Source: Candidatus Gastranaerophilales bacterium
Lineage (GTDB): Bacteria > Cyanobacteriota > Vampirovibrionia > Gastranaerophilales > CALOAD01
Assembly (NCBI GenBank): GCA_942491415.1
Contig: CALOAD010000022.1
Location: 77,010-141,009 of the forward strand
Length of the DNA stretch: 64,000 bases
Direction: 5' to 3'
The notes below the pieces were generated by a model. The model searched no databases and was not told the DNA's origin. It worked only from the letters and a program-made list of their open reading frames with translations. A program made the position numbers and the translations under genes. This document shows positions 27,132 through 36,462 of this stretch, piece by piece; the stretch's first letter is position 1; each line of letters opens with the position of its first letter.

Positions 27132-28370
27132 GCTAACTCTATATTTTTGTTTTTCTTCAAAGTCTTTTATGCATTTCATATAAGCTTTAATGTTTTGCAG
27201 CTCTTTTTCCAAAACATTAATGCAGTCAGAAAGATTTACAAGAATTTCAGGTTGATTTTTCAATACTAATCTTCGTAAAAATACTGTTGTTGTAATGCTT
27301 GTTATAAAAGATTTTTTAAAATCAAAAAGTTTGTCATAAATAATATGATTTATAAGCTCTCTGTTTTCACTAATCATAACTGTTATATTGCTCATAACGA
27401 CTTGAGCATCTTTGTAATTCTTTTTTTGTATATGAATCTCAAGGTCTTTAAAAAGAATTATGAGCTCCTTATAAATACGTTTAAAATTCTTTTTCTTTTC
27501 TAAAAGGGTTTTAGTAAAGTATTCAAGAGTTGTTTTGACACCTTTTTGAACGAGAAATTTTTTATGTTCAAAAGAAAGTGAAAAGTCTATTATATCGGTA
27601 TTTCCTGCGTTTATTTTGATGAAATCAAATCTATCGTTTTTGCCAAAAAGATCTATTATAAAGTCAGTTGTAATATTGGTAGAAGTGTCGATAACAGCGT
27701 TAAAATAATCAAAAGGATTTTTTATTTCTCTATTTTCTTTCGAGCTATCCAATCTGAATTCTAAAACTCGACAGTCATCTGATATTGCTTGTTTTGAAGT
27801 AATCCAAAGAGGCAAGTTTTTGATAATATCTCCGTCTACAAGGCATTTCCCTTCATCCCATACAGGTCTAAAAAAGCCGGGGATGCTTATAGAAGCTCTT
27901 ATAGCTTGAGCAATTTCAACATCAGGTGTTGTATAACGACTAAATTCTTTAAATTTAGCGGAAGTTATGTCAGTTGCAATTATGACTATATCTTTTTGAA
28001 CGTCTTGAAAAGTTATAGGCGGATTTTTACCTTCTTCATGTTTTTCGCCGTAAAACTTTTTTTCCAATGTATTTTTCATCCACGAAAGAAAATTATCTCC
28101 TTTGCAAATGCCAAAATCCCTTCCAAACGGAAGATATAAATCTCTAAAAATTTCATAGTTTAATGAAAAAATTATTTCTTCTATTTCATTATGAGAATGT
28201 CCAACAGCATAAAGAGCGGCGAAAATAGCACCGACAGAAGATCCGGCAAGACCTTTTATATTAATATTCAGTTCATTTAAAACCTTAAAAACACCGACGT
28301 AAGCTGTACCTCGTACGCCACCGCCTGCAAATATACAAAAATAATCGATTGATGAATTATCTCTACTCAA
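27126..28370 (-). CDS. Patatin-like phospholipase with a ~200-aa C-terminal extension
   Basis: GGGVRG oxyanion motif, GSSVG nucleophile and LVDGD catalytic Asp. Confidence 0.8.
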   Translation of the reverse strand: MSRDNSSIDYFCIFAGGGVRGTAYVGVFKVLNELNINIKGLAGSSVGAIFAALYAVGHSHNEIEEIIFSLNYEIFRDLYLPFGRDFGICKGDNFLSWMKNTLEKKFYGEKHEEGKNPPITFQDVQKDIVIIATDITSAKFKEFSRYTTPDVEIAQAIRASISIPGFFRPVWDEGKCLVDGDIIKNLPLWITSKQAISDDCRVLEFRLDSSKENREIKNPFDYFNAVIDTSTNITTDFIIDLFGKNDRFDFIKINAGNTDIIDFSLSFEHKKFLVQKGVKTTLEYFTKTLLEKKKNFKRIYKELIILFKDLEIHIQKKNYKDAQVVMSNITVMISENRELINHIIYDKLFDFKKSFITSITTTVFLRRLVLKNQPEILVNLSDCINVLEKELQNIKAYMKCIKDFEEKQKYRVSL

Positions 28371-28474
28371 TTATTGACCTTTAAAACCTTTTTATCTTCG
28401 AACTTTTATTATTTTATTCTATCAATAAATTTTTTCACCCATATAAAAGAATGAGCTTAAAGAATACTTACTAA

Positions 28475-29014
28475 CTATTTTTTAGAGACATAAGGATTAT
28501 CTTTAATATAAAATCGCCAAGGATATTCAACAGCTTGTTTTATGCCTATTCTTTCAGTTTTTATAATATTTTGCTCTAAAACTCTTTCTCCTTTTTCAAT
28601 CCAAAGAGAAGAATTATTTTGTGTTAAGTCAATCTCATTATAATCTCTTGTAATCTCCATTTCTCGGCAAAGCTTGCCCGGACCGTTGGTATTTAAAATA
28701 CCTTCAAAAGGCTCTAAAGCTCTTACAAGAACGGCTCCGGCAATACCTTCCGGCTCTGTTACGGCATTAAAACAATGATACATCCCATAAATTAAATAAA
28801 CATAAGATAATCCTGGGGCTTTAAACAGGGTTTCAGATCTTTTAGTCATGCCTTTATAAGCATGACATGCCGGATCATCCTGTTTATAGGCTTCTGTTTC
28901 AACAATAATTCCCTTCGATATCTTGTTATTTATTTTTTTACAAAGCTTACAGCCCAAAAGGTCTTGGGCAACAATAAGGGTATCTCTATTATAAAATTCT
29001 TTAGTTAAAATCAA
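28475..29014 (-). CDS. mpg: DNA-3-methyladenine glycosylase (Mpg/AAG family)
   Basis: IVETEAY...DPACHAY.G.T.R...LF...G..YVYLIYGMYHCFNAV. Confidence 0.85.
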   Translation of the reverse strand: MILTKEFYNRDTLIVAQDLLGCKLCKKINNKISKGIIVETEAYKQDDPACHAYKGMTKRSETLFKAPGLSYVYLIYGMYHCFNAVTEPEGIAGAVLVRALEPFEGILNTNGPGKLCREMEITRDYNEIDLTQNNSSLWIEKGERVLEQNIIKTERIGIKQAVEYPWRFYIKDNPYVSKK

Positions 29015-29085
29015 ATTAAAACCTTAAAACCATATCTTATTTAAAGAATAACACATTAAAGTATTAAAAATGTGTAAAACAGAAC

Positions 29086-29109
29086 AAAGACCGTCAATTG
29101 ACGGTCTTT
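29086..29109 (-). terminator. Rho-independent terminator after the 142-aa gene
   Basis: AAAGACCGTC-AATT-GACGGTCTTT, followed by a T-rich run on the minus strand. Confidence 0.55.
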
Positions 29110-29131
29110 ATTCTATAAAAAATATTTAATT

Positions 29132-29560
29132 TTATTTCTTTTCAATATCAGAAAAACTTTGCAACAAAGGTGAACCTTGAGGTTTTGATTCTTTTACGGC
29201 ACCATTTTCCATGTCGAATTCACCTGTTGACATTTTTTTAACCGTTTTGCAGGCATGTGGTTGATTTTCAAATTGAAGACATTCTTCTTTAAAATCTTCT
29301 TTCAATTCTTCTGCTTTATCTTGCGACATACTTGCAAGTTTTTTGTTATATTCATCCGCAACTTTTACATCGCTTTTGGTAAATACTGCTAAATGAAAAT
29401 GAGGATGGCTATCACCTTCGTCTTGAAAATGACCGAGATCGACAAAACGGGTATCGTTTTTTCCTACACCTTCTTCAATAGCGGATTGTATTTTTTCTAA
29501 TTTTTGACAACCACAACTTTTTATAACATATTTACCCGCAAAAGAAATATTATTTACCAT
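29132..29560 (-). CDS. Hypothetical protein carrying the NN-x-SF-x-GK leader
   Basis: GGAAGGA RBS. N-terminus MVNNISFAGKYV. No known domain recognised. Confidence 0.55.
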   Translation of the reverse strand: MVNNISFAGKYVIKSCGCQKLEKIQSAIEEGVGKNDTRFVDLGHFQDEGDSHPHFHLAVFTKSDVKVADEYNKKLASMSQDKAEELKEDFKEECLQFENQPHACKTVKKMSTGEFDMENGAVKESKPQGSPLLQSFSDIEKK

Positions 29561-30063
29561 TTTTTATCCTTCCATTAATATCACTTAATTGATATAACAA
29601 GTACAAAAAACGAAAGTTGCCCTCGCCGAACAATTGCGTTTACAAAAATTTACTAAAGCTTAGCCGGTTTTCTCATTTTATGGACAACATAACCAGCCAA
29701 AAGAAGCGTACTTAAAACATACGATAGCTTATTTATAAAACCATTTTGAGAAGTATCATTTTTAGATGATTGTTTTTGAAAAAAATCTTTGTTGTTTTGA
29801 GTTAAAGCCTTAGTCGGATTACAAAAATCCCACTCATTCATAAGACTTCGCACGGAAGTTTTCCGAATATTAGGCGGATTTATTATACCTACATTAGGTA
29901 TTTTTAAATTATGATTAGCGTTTTGAGTCAATTTCAAATACCGTGTTATACTCTGTTTTATCTTAAATTTACATCTTTTATTTATAAAAATAAAAAGGAT
30001 CAAAAATTGCCTTTTTAAAAATTTTTTTAACAATATATATACAAAAATCATCACGGAGTTTTT

Positions 30064-30576
30064 ATGAACAGCGAAAAAAACATATTTTATGAAGAACAAA
30101 AACCTCGCCAATGGTGGATTCAAGTTATTATAATCTGTTATTCATTATTTTTAACTTATTTAACTGCACAGCAAGTATTTTTCGATATTCCCTTTTTTAA
30201 CCTCGGAATGTCAGACTGGTTGTTAATATTGCTTTGGTTATTTTTTGCAATATTTATACCTGTTTTATATTATCGATCAAAACTGATCGTAAAAGTCAAA
30301 AACAATGACGAAAAAGGAATCTACATAAAATATTATCCTTTCCATTTTGATTTTATAAAAATAGATCCTGATGAAATTGAAGAGTTTGAAATAATAGAAT
30401 ATGATCCTTTAAAAGACTATGGCGGATGGGGAGTGCGCTATGGGCAAAAGGGAAACGCCTTTAATGCCTATGGAAATAAAGGTGTCAATTTAAAATTAAA
30501 ATATTCAAGAGATCTTCTCATAGGCTCTCAAACACCTGAAAAATTAAATGAGGCAATAAAAAATCTAATTTCTTAA
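30064..30576 (+). CDS. Hypothetical two-TM membrane protein
   Basis: 170-aa ORF with two TM helices, then a soluble domain containing DYGGWGVRYG. Confidence 0.45.
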   Translation: MNSEKNIFYEEQKPRQWWIQVIIICYSLFLTYLTAQQVFFDIPFFNLGMSDWLLILLWLFFAIFIPVLYYRSKLIVKVKNNDEKGIYIKYYPFHFDFIKIDPDEIEEFEIIEYDPLKDYGGWGVRYGQKGNAFNAYGNKGVNLKLKYSRDLLIGSQTPEKLNEAIKNLIS

Positions 30577-30588
30577 AAAGTTGACAAT

Positions 30589-32274
30589 ATGCATAATACT
30601 AATGTAAATAAGAGTAGGGTAAATAGTTATTTTGAGAAAATTTTGAGTAAAAAGCCTTTAGAAAAATACCTTTATGAAGTGCCTCAAAAAAATGAGAGTA
30701 CAATTCCTGTTTGGTTTTGTTTTCCTTATACCTATATGTATGGAATGTCTACACTGGGTTTTTTAAGCCTGTTTAAAGAACTTGATATGAATCCTGATGT
30801 AGATGCACAAAAAGTTTTTGCCGATACTGATTACAATGAGTTAAAAGTGCAACGTCCTGATATATTTGGCATTTCAATGCTTTTTGAAAATGACTTTCTG
30901 GCAATTTTTAAGCTTTTAGAAAAATATGAAATTCCTTTAAGGTCAAAAGATAGGGATGAACATCCATTAGTCCTTGCGGGAGGACCTGTTTTGACAAACA
31001 ATCCCGAACCTTTTGCGGAATTTTTTGACATTATCGTTATTGGGGACGGGGAAAATACCTATAATAATATTATTGACGTTTACAAAAAATATAAAGGCAT
31101 AAAAACAAGACAAGAAATACTTGTTGAAATAGCTAAGATTCCCGGGCTTTATGTACCTGCATTATATGAAATTGAATATGATTCTGAAGGAAAGTATAAG
31201 AGTTTTTCAAGTAAATTTATTGATATTCCTGATTTTGTAGAAAAATCATATGTTGATATAACTAATAATTGTCTATCCAGCCCTGTTTTAAGCAATAAAG
31301 CTTTTTATGCGAATGCTTTTTTTATAGAAACAAGCAGGGGATGTCCGCACAAATGCAAGTTTTGCACGGCAAGTTATTTTAACCATCCCGTAAGATATCC
31401 TTCTTTGAAAAGCATAAAAGAGGCTATCGATGTAGGAGTTGAAAACACTTCAAAAATAGTATTAATAGGTGCTTTAATTTCAGAACATCCTCAATTTGAA
31501 GATATTTGCAATTACATTATTGAAAAGCGTAAATCGGTTAAATTTGAACTTGAATACTCTTCCTTGAGTGCTGATAAATACAATAATATAGCTGTAAAAG
31601 CATTATTAGCTTGTAATAAAAAAGAAGTTTCAATTGCAATAGAAGCAGGCAGCCAAAAAATGCGAGACAGTGTGGGTAAAAACCTCGATTCAAGTCAAAT
31701 ATATAATATTGTTAAAGAGTTTGCATTGAATGGCATTGAACGTTTGACATTATATATGCTTATTGGTTTACCCGACGAATCCACCAAAGATATAAATGAG
31801 ACTGTGGAGCTTATTTCAGCGCTAAAAAAAGAAAATCATTCTTTAGAGCTAAATGTCATTGTAAGTACTCTGATCCCCAAGCCGAATACACCGTTTCAAT
31901 GGGCTCAAAAAGAAAGCACTGAATCTTTAAAACGAAAAATTGATTTTTTACGCAAAGAATTTGAAAAAATTCAAGTAAAAAGTAGTTTTTCAAGCCCTGA
32001 AAGAGATTATATAAGTGCGATTATCTCAAGAGGAGATCGTAAAATCGCTAAATTAATAGAGCAAGTTTATAGAAAAAACGGAAAAATTGAAACCTGGCAA
32101 AGCTCTCATAAAAACTTGCTAAAAACAGGTTTTGATATTAAACCTTTAGATTGGTATGCTCTTGCAAAACGGAATTTGGATGAACCATTGCCGTGGGATT
32201 TTATCAAGATAAATATTTCAAAAAAAGAGCTAAAATCTTGTTATCAAAATGAAAATAAAATACTTATGATTTAA
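30589..32274 (+). CDS. Radical SAM protein with N-terminal B12-binding-like domain
   Basis: CX3CX2C in ETSRGCPHKCKFCTASY. The size and layout resemble the TIGR03960-type family. Confidence 0.8.
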   Translation: MHNTNVNKSRVNSYFEKILSKKPLEKYLYEVPQKNESTIPVWFCFPYTYMYGMSTLGFLSLFKELDMNPDVDAQKVFADTDYNELKVQRPDIFGISMLFENDFLAIFKLLEKYEIPLRSKDRDEHPLVLAGGPVLTNNPEPFAEFFDIIVIGDGENTYNNIIDVYKKYKGIKTRQEILVEIAKIPGLYVPALYEIEYDSEGKYKSFSSKFIDIPDFVEKSYVDITNNCLSSPVLSNKAFYANAFFIETSRGCPHKCKFCTASYFNHPVRYPSLKSIKEAIDVGVENTSKIVLIGALISEHPQFEDICNYIIEKRKSVKFELEYSSLSADKYNNIAVKALLACNKKEVSIAIEAGSQKMRDSVGKNLDSSQIYNIVKEFALNGIERLTLYMLIGLPDESTKDINETVELISALKKENHSLELNVIVSTLIPKPNTPFQWAQKESTESLKRKIDFLRKEFEKIQVKSSFSSPERDYISAIISRGDRKIAKLIEQVYRKNGKIETWQSSHKNLLKTGFDIKPLDWYALAKRNLDEPLPWDFIKINISKKELKSCYQNENKILMI

Positions 32275-32283
32275 AAATACAGG

Positions 32284-33657
32284 ATGGTATTTATGAAAAA
32301 TAAAAAGATATTTATACTCAGCGCATTCTCTGCTGCACTGGCAGGGCTTCTTTTTGGCTTTGATACGGCTGTTATTGCGGGTACTACAAAAGCAATGACC
32401 CAGGTCTTTGACTTGAGTGCTTCATCTTTAGGTTTAACTGTTTCGATTGCACTATGGGGTACTATAACAGGTGCAATAGGAGCCGGATTTGTGGCGGATA
32501 AACTGGGACGCCGAGAAAGCCTAAAGTACATGGGACTTTTGTTTTTGATATCTGCCTTAGGCTGCGCTTTTTGTTGGGATTGGTTTTCTCTTGTTGCATT
32601 TAGATTTATAGGTGGTCTTGGAGTCGGTGGGGCTTCTGTTATTGCCCCTATGTATATTGCCGAAATATCACCACCAAGCCTTAGAGGTAGAATGGTTGGG
32701 TTATTTCAGTTTAGTATAGTTTTTGGAATATTGACTGCGTATTTTTCAAACTTTTTTATCGGAACTTTAGGTTTTGAAATGCTTGAATGGCGTATAAAAT
32801 TTGGGGTAGAAGTTTTGCCTGCATTGATTTTCATTTCATTACTTTTTACAATCCCACAAAGTCCCAGATGGCTTATTAGCAGATCAAAAACCGATGAAGC
32901 TCTTAATGTTTTGAAAATGATTTCACCTGAAAACGCTAAAGAACAATGTGACGAGATTGTTAAATCATTGAATAATCAAGATAATAAAGAAAAAGAAAGA
33001 TTTTTTAGCTATAAATATTCTTTTGCAATATTCGTAGCTTTTTCGATAGCTATGTTTAATCAACTTTCCGGCATAAATGCGCTATTGTATTATTTAACAG
33101 ATATTTTCAGCATGGCTGGTTTTGATAAAATGTCTGCTGACTTACAATCTGTGAGCATCGGAGCTACAAACCTTATTTTTACAGTGTTAGCGATGAGTAT
33201 TATAGATAAAATAGGACGTAAAAAGCTTTTATTAATAGGTTCTGTAGGTACAGCTCTTTGCTTGGGAGGTGTTGGTTCAATATTTCTTTTAGGATCCCAT
33301 AAAGAACTTTTATTACCCTTGCTTATAGGCTATATTGCGTTTTTTGCATTTTCACAAGGTGCGGTTATTTGGGTTTATCTAAGCGAAATATTCCCCAATT
33401 CGGTCAGGGCAAAAGGTCAATCATTAGGTAGTGTAACTCATTGGCTCATGTGTGCAATAATATCTTTTGCATTTCCTGTAATGGCTGAATCTTCAGGGGG
33501 ATATCCCTTCATATTCTTTGCTTTTATGATGGTTATTCAATTCTTTGTTGTATTGATGTTTTATCCTGAAACAAAAGGTGTTTCACTGGAAGATCTTGAA
33601 AAAACAATGATCTTGAAAAAACCACAATCTGAAATGGTTGAAGCAGAGTTAAACTAA
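32284..33657 (+). CDS. Sugar porter family MFS transporter
   Basis: GRRESL loop motif, PQSPRWL (PESPR motif) and a C-terminal PETKGVSLEDLE. Confidence 0.85.
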   Translation: MVFMKNKKIFILSAFSAALAGLLFGFDTAVIAGTTKAMTQVFDLSASSLGLTVSIALWGTITGAIGAGFVADKLGRRESLKYMGLLFLISALGCAFCWDWFSLVAFRFIGGLGVGGASVIAPMYIAEISPPSLRGRMVGLFQFSIVFGILTAYFSNFFIGTLGFEMLEWRIKFGVEVLPALIFISLLFTIPQSPRWLISRSKTDEALNVLKMISPENAKEQCDEIVKSLNNQDNKEKERFFSYKYSFAIFVAFSIAMFNQLSGINALLYYLTDIFSMAGFDKMSADLQSVSIGATNLIFTVLAMSIIDKIGRKKLLLIGSVGTALCLGGVGSIFLLGSHKELLLPLLIGYIAFFAFSQGAVIWVYLSEIFPNSVRAKGQSLGSVTHWLMCAIISFAFPVMAESSGGYPFIFFAFMMVIQFFVVLMFYPETKGVSLEDLEKTMILKKPQSEMVEAELN

Positions 33658-34047
33658 TTATTTACCTGATGGTAATTTCAGGTTATTGGCATTAGGAGGC
33701 TTTACGTTTATAACGCTAGGTACCTCATAATCAGGAACAGGAGGAAGCATTTCAGGTCCACGATAATTATAATTGCTTTTTTTTGGGCTTGATTTGGAAG
33801 CATCTTTAGCTGCGTGGTATAAGCTTTTGCTTATTACTTTAATTCCTTTTGCTGTTTTTTTTATGATAAAAAAAGATGCTTTTAATGTATATTTTGTAGT
33901 TAAATAAGCAGCTTTTGCCGTGTAGTGTATAGTTTTATCTGCAATTGTCGAGGCTGTTATTGCATTGGCTTTATTGACAGGGATAAAAAACATGACAGCC
34001 AGGGCTAAAATAATAAATAGTTGTTTTAAATTTTTCACTGTATTCAC
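33658..34047 (-). CDS. Small secreted hypothetical protein
   Basis: Signal peptide LALAVMFFIPVNKANA. Confidence 0.45.
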   Translation of the reverse strand: MNTVKNLKQLFIILALAVMFFIPVNKANAITASTIADKTIHYTAKAAYLTTKYTLKASFFIIKKTAKGIKVISKSLYHAAKDASKSSPKKSNYNYRGPEMLPPVPDYEVPSVINVKPPNANNLKLPSGK

Positions 34048-34174
34048 CTTATTGTATTAATTTCAATTATTGTAATTTGCTTTAGTTTTATTATCAAATT
34101 GTTTACGGGATGTAAACATATAATTTTATTTTGTATTATTATGTACAAAAGTTTTTACAGTGTGATGTTTTTAT

Positions 34175-34891
34175 ATGTATCGTCTAGTCTTTTATTTTTG
34201 TGTTTTGCAGATAGTTTTTATTTCTATATTTCACAACGAAGCTGTTTTTGCACAAAGTATAATGAGCAACAGTTCGGGGTTTCAAAGCTGGGATGCGATT
34301 ATTTTAGAAGGTCCCATAAAAGAAAAAGGGCGTGGTTATTTATTTATACAGCCTCGTATTGGAACAACTTCAGATTTTATAGTTGTAAGACCTGCATACG
34401 GGCATGTATTAAACAAAGAATTTTCCTTATGGCAAGGCGTTTCTTGGCAACCACTGGTTTCTCCGCAATTCATTGATGAAGTAAGACTTTATCAAGATCT
34501 TTTATGCAAAAAAGAGTTTAAAAAATTTAAGCTCACACTTAGAAATCGTACGGAAGAACGTTTTATACAAGGAGTAGGAGGTGCAAGTATAAGGCAAAGA
34601 GAACGATTGAATTTTTATATTCCTTTTGGAGAAAGCGGTAAATGGGGGTTTATAGCCTCTCAAGAAATTCTTATAAATTACGATTCTCGACAAAACGGAC
34701 CTCGTGGTGGTTTTGGTCAAGCAAGGTTATATTATGGATTAACTAGAAAAATAAATGATCGTTTAAAGATAAATTTCGGATATATGCTAAATCTAATAGG
34801 TAATAGCCAACCATTTTTAGAGGATTTTACAAGAAATATTCTTATGATTAATATAAATATTAATACTGACGGGGTTCAAGTCGCTGAATAG
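34175..34891 (+). CDS. Putative outer-membrane protein (DUF2490-like)
   Basis: Signal peptide ...FHNEAVFAQ. Alternating beta-strand-like pattern and an RNRTEERF motif. Confidence 0.4.
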   Translation: MYRLVFYFCVLQIVFISIFHNEAVFAQSIMSNSSGFQSWDAIILEGPIKEKGRGYLFIQPRIGTTSDFIVVRPAYGHVLNKEFSLWQGVSWQPLVSPQFIDEVRLYQDLLCKKEFKKFKLTLRNRTEERFIQGVGGASIRQRERLNFYIPFGESGKWGFIASQEILINYDSRQNGPRGGFGQARLYYGLTRKINDRLKINFGYMLNLIGNSQPFLEDFTRNILMINININTDGVQVAE

Positions 34892-35645
34892 CTTTATCTC
34901 TATCAAAAACAGGTATAAAACCATTTACCTCGATTACAAACCCGGAACTTCCACTTCCTGCGGAGTTTCTGACACGAAACCCGATCATAATTTTTGAATA
35001 CCGTGAAAATGAGTATTGAAATCCGGGAATAAAAAATCCGTTACTATGGGTACCTGAAAACCAATCGGCAATTATAGAAAAATGATCTGTAACAGGGTGT
35101 TCTATTCCTGCTATAAAACTTAAAACTCTTCTTCCAAAAAGTTGTCTTGTTCCAAAACTTAATCCTGACGTAATTCTTGTATTATATACAGGTAAGCGAC
35201 CGCTCAGATGAGAATAGGTCCAATTACCTGTTCCCAGTCCTTTAAAATCAGTCAATATTTGAGATCCCAAAACCCATTTGAAATCTCGTTTAGGGTATAA
35301 ATCTTTTTTTATAGGCAAAAACGACTTAAACCCCCACCCCATTGTTATACGGTTTGCTTCTTCTATTCTGTTTTGGTATAAAGTTGCCTCAATATCGGTA
35401 TTATGCCCAATGCCAAGGTTGTTGTATTGAGTAAAAAGAAATATTTTGTGAGGATTCCACGAACGAAATTGGGCTTCACTTTCGGTATAATAAATTCCCT
35501 TCACCGTTACATCTGCTGAAGGGACGTTAAATATTGTTTGTTGTGCATTTGCATTTGAGGTTAAGTAAAAATATAAATAACAAACAATGAATAGTTTAAT
35601 ATTTTTTTTAAGCCATTTATTATTGAACATCCAGTTATAATACAT
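34860..35645 (-). CDS. Putative outer-membrane beta-barrel protein
   Basis: Signal peptide ...LTSNANAQ. Alternating hydrophobic pattern with Gly/aromatic-rich strands. Confidence 0.4.
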   Translation of the reverse strand: MYYNWMFNNKWLKKNIKLFIVCYLYFYLTSNANAQQTIFNVPSADVTVKGIYYTESEAQFRSWNPHKIFLFTQYNNLGIGHNTDIEATLYQNRIEEANRITMGWGFKSFLPIKKDLYPKRDFKWVLGSQILTDFKGLGTGNWTYSHLSGRLPVYNTRITSGLSFGTRQLFGRRVLSFIAGIEHPVTDHFSIIADWFSGTHSNGFFIPGFQYSFSRYSKIMIGFRVRNSAGSGSSGFVIEVNGFIPVFDRDKAIQRLEPRQY

Positions 35646-35765
35646 AAAAACAAGAATTTAAACATTCCCGTAGTTAGTTAATTTTTTTAATAAAAAACCA
35701 TTATTAAAGCAATTTTTAAATGTTTTTTGTTTTATAAAACCTATAGTGAATAAACAGGTTTTAAT

Positions 35766-36410
35766 ATGAATCTTAGTTCAACAATAGCATTAACGAATAA
35801 TGATGTTTCTTTTAGCGGTGGTAAAACTGCCAAAAAGAAGAAAGTTTCTGCGCAAAAAAGAAAACGCGAAGAAAAACAGGCTAAGCTGCAAAAATTTGTT
35901 GAAAGAGAAAAGTCTTTAAATTCAGAAAAATCAAATGAAATAACACAAAGAATTTATGATTATACAGCAATGAGAACTTTAGCTCAGGATAAAAACCTTG
36001 CTATTCCTTGTGCTTATTCGGGAGATTATTTTGGTGTTTATGATAATGTTGAAATTCTTCCCACTTATGAACATGTAAAACCTTTTAGCACTGAAAAAAA
36101 TAATGATGTTGGAAATTTGCTTGTTGTAGAAGGAGAATATAATTCACTTCGAAAACATAAGCCTTTATCAGAATTTATTGATGAATTAAAAGCGGGCATA
36201 TCTAAACGTCCTGAAAATGGTAAAATAGTGCGTGTCCCCAAAACAGATGTATTGAAAAATGTAGTGGCTCAATTAAAAGCTTATAATAAAGTGGCTGAAG
36301 ACATTAAAAAATGGACGGTTGATGTGTCTAAAGTCGTTTATAAAGAATTAGATAAGCCTGAACATAAAGAAAAGTTTTTGAAATTAAATCCTTATTTGAA
36401 TAAAGACTAA
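35766..36410 (+). CDS. Leader-tagged Cas9-type HNH-like nuclease domain protein (paralogue 1, catalytic His present)
   Basis: IPCAYSGDYFG...YEHVKPFS...GNLLVVEGEYNSLRKHKPLSEF fits the C-x-Y-x-G...(D/E)H...N...N HNH_4 pattern. N-terminus MNLSSTIALTNNDVSFSGGKTAKKKK. Confidence 0.6.
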   Translation: MNLSSTIALTNNDVSFSGGKTAKKKKVSAQKRKREEKQAKLQKFVEREKSLNSEKSNEITQRIYDYTAMRTLAQDKNLAIPCAYSGDYFGVYDNVEILPTYEHVKPFSTEKNNDVGNLLVVEGEYNSLRKHKPLSEFIDELKAGISKRPENGKIVRVPKTDVLKNVVAQLKAYNKVAEDIKKWTVDVSKVVYKELDKPEHKEKFLKLNPYLNKD

Positions 36411-36435
36411 AAAACAGCGATTTCGCTGTTTTTTA
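36409..36435. terminator. Bidirectional terminator between convergent genes
   Basis: AAAAAACAGCGA-TT-TCGCTGTTTTTT. Confidence 0.6.
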
Positions 36436-36462
36436 GTCTTTATTATAGAAATTATAGAAGTT

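Noticed and set aside
27126-28370. CBASS-type operon (patatin effector plus cyclase)
   Set aside because: No nucleotidyltransferase/CD-NTase-like gene is adjacent. The neighbours are a convergent CN-hydrolase and mpg.
29653-30123. 156-aa minus-strand ORF
   Set aside because: Its N-terminal two-thirds is Phe/Ile/Lys-rich AT-spacer translation that overlaps the start of the plus-strand gene at 30064. At most a short C-terminal tail-anchored peptide (from MNEWDF...) could be real, and it has no RBS, so it is not reported as a feature.
32271-32531. 86-aa minus-strand ORF
   Set aside because: It is antisense to the 5' end of the sugar porter gene, whose motifs are unambiguous.
34099-34476. 125-aa plus-strand ORF overlapping 34175-34891 in another frame
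   Set aside because: The overlapping 238-aa frame has a signal peptide and an outer-membrane-like pattern. This frame is Cys/Phe-rich with no features.
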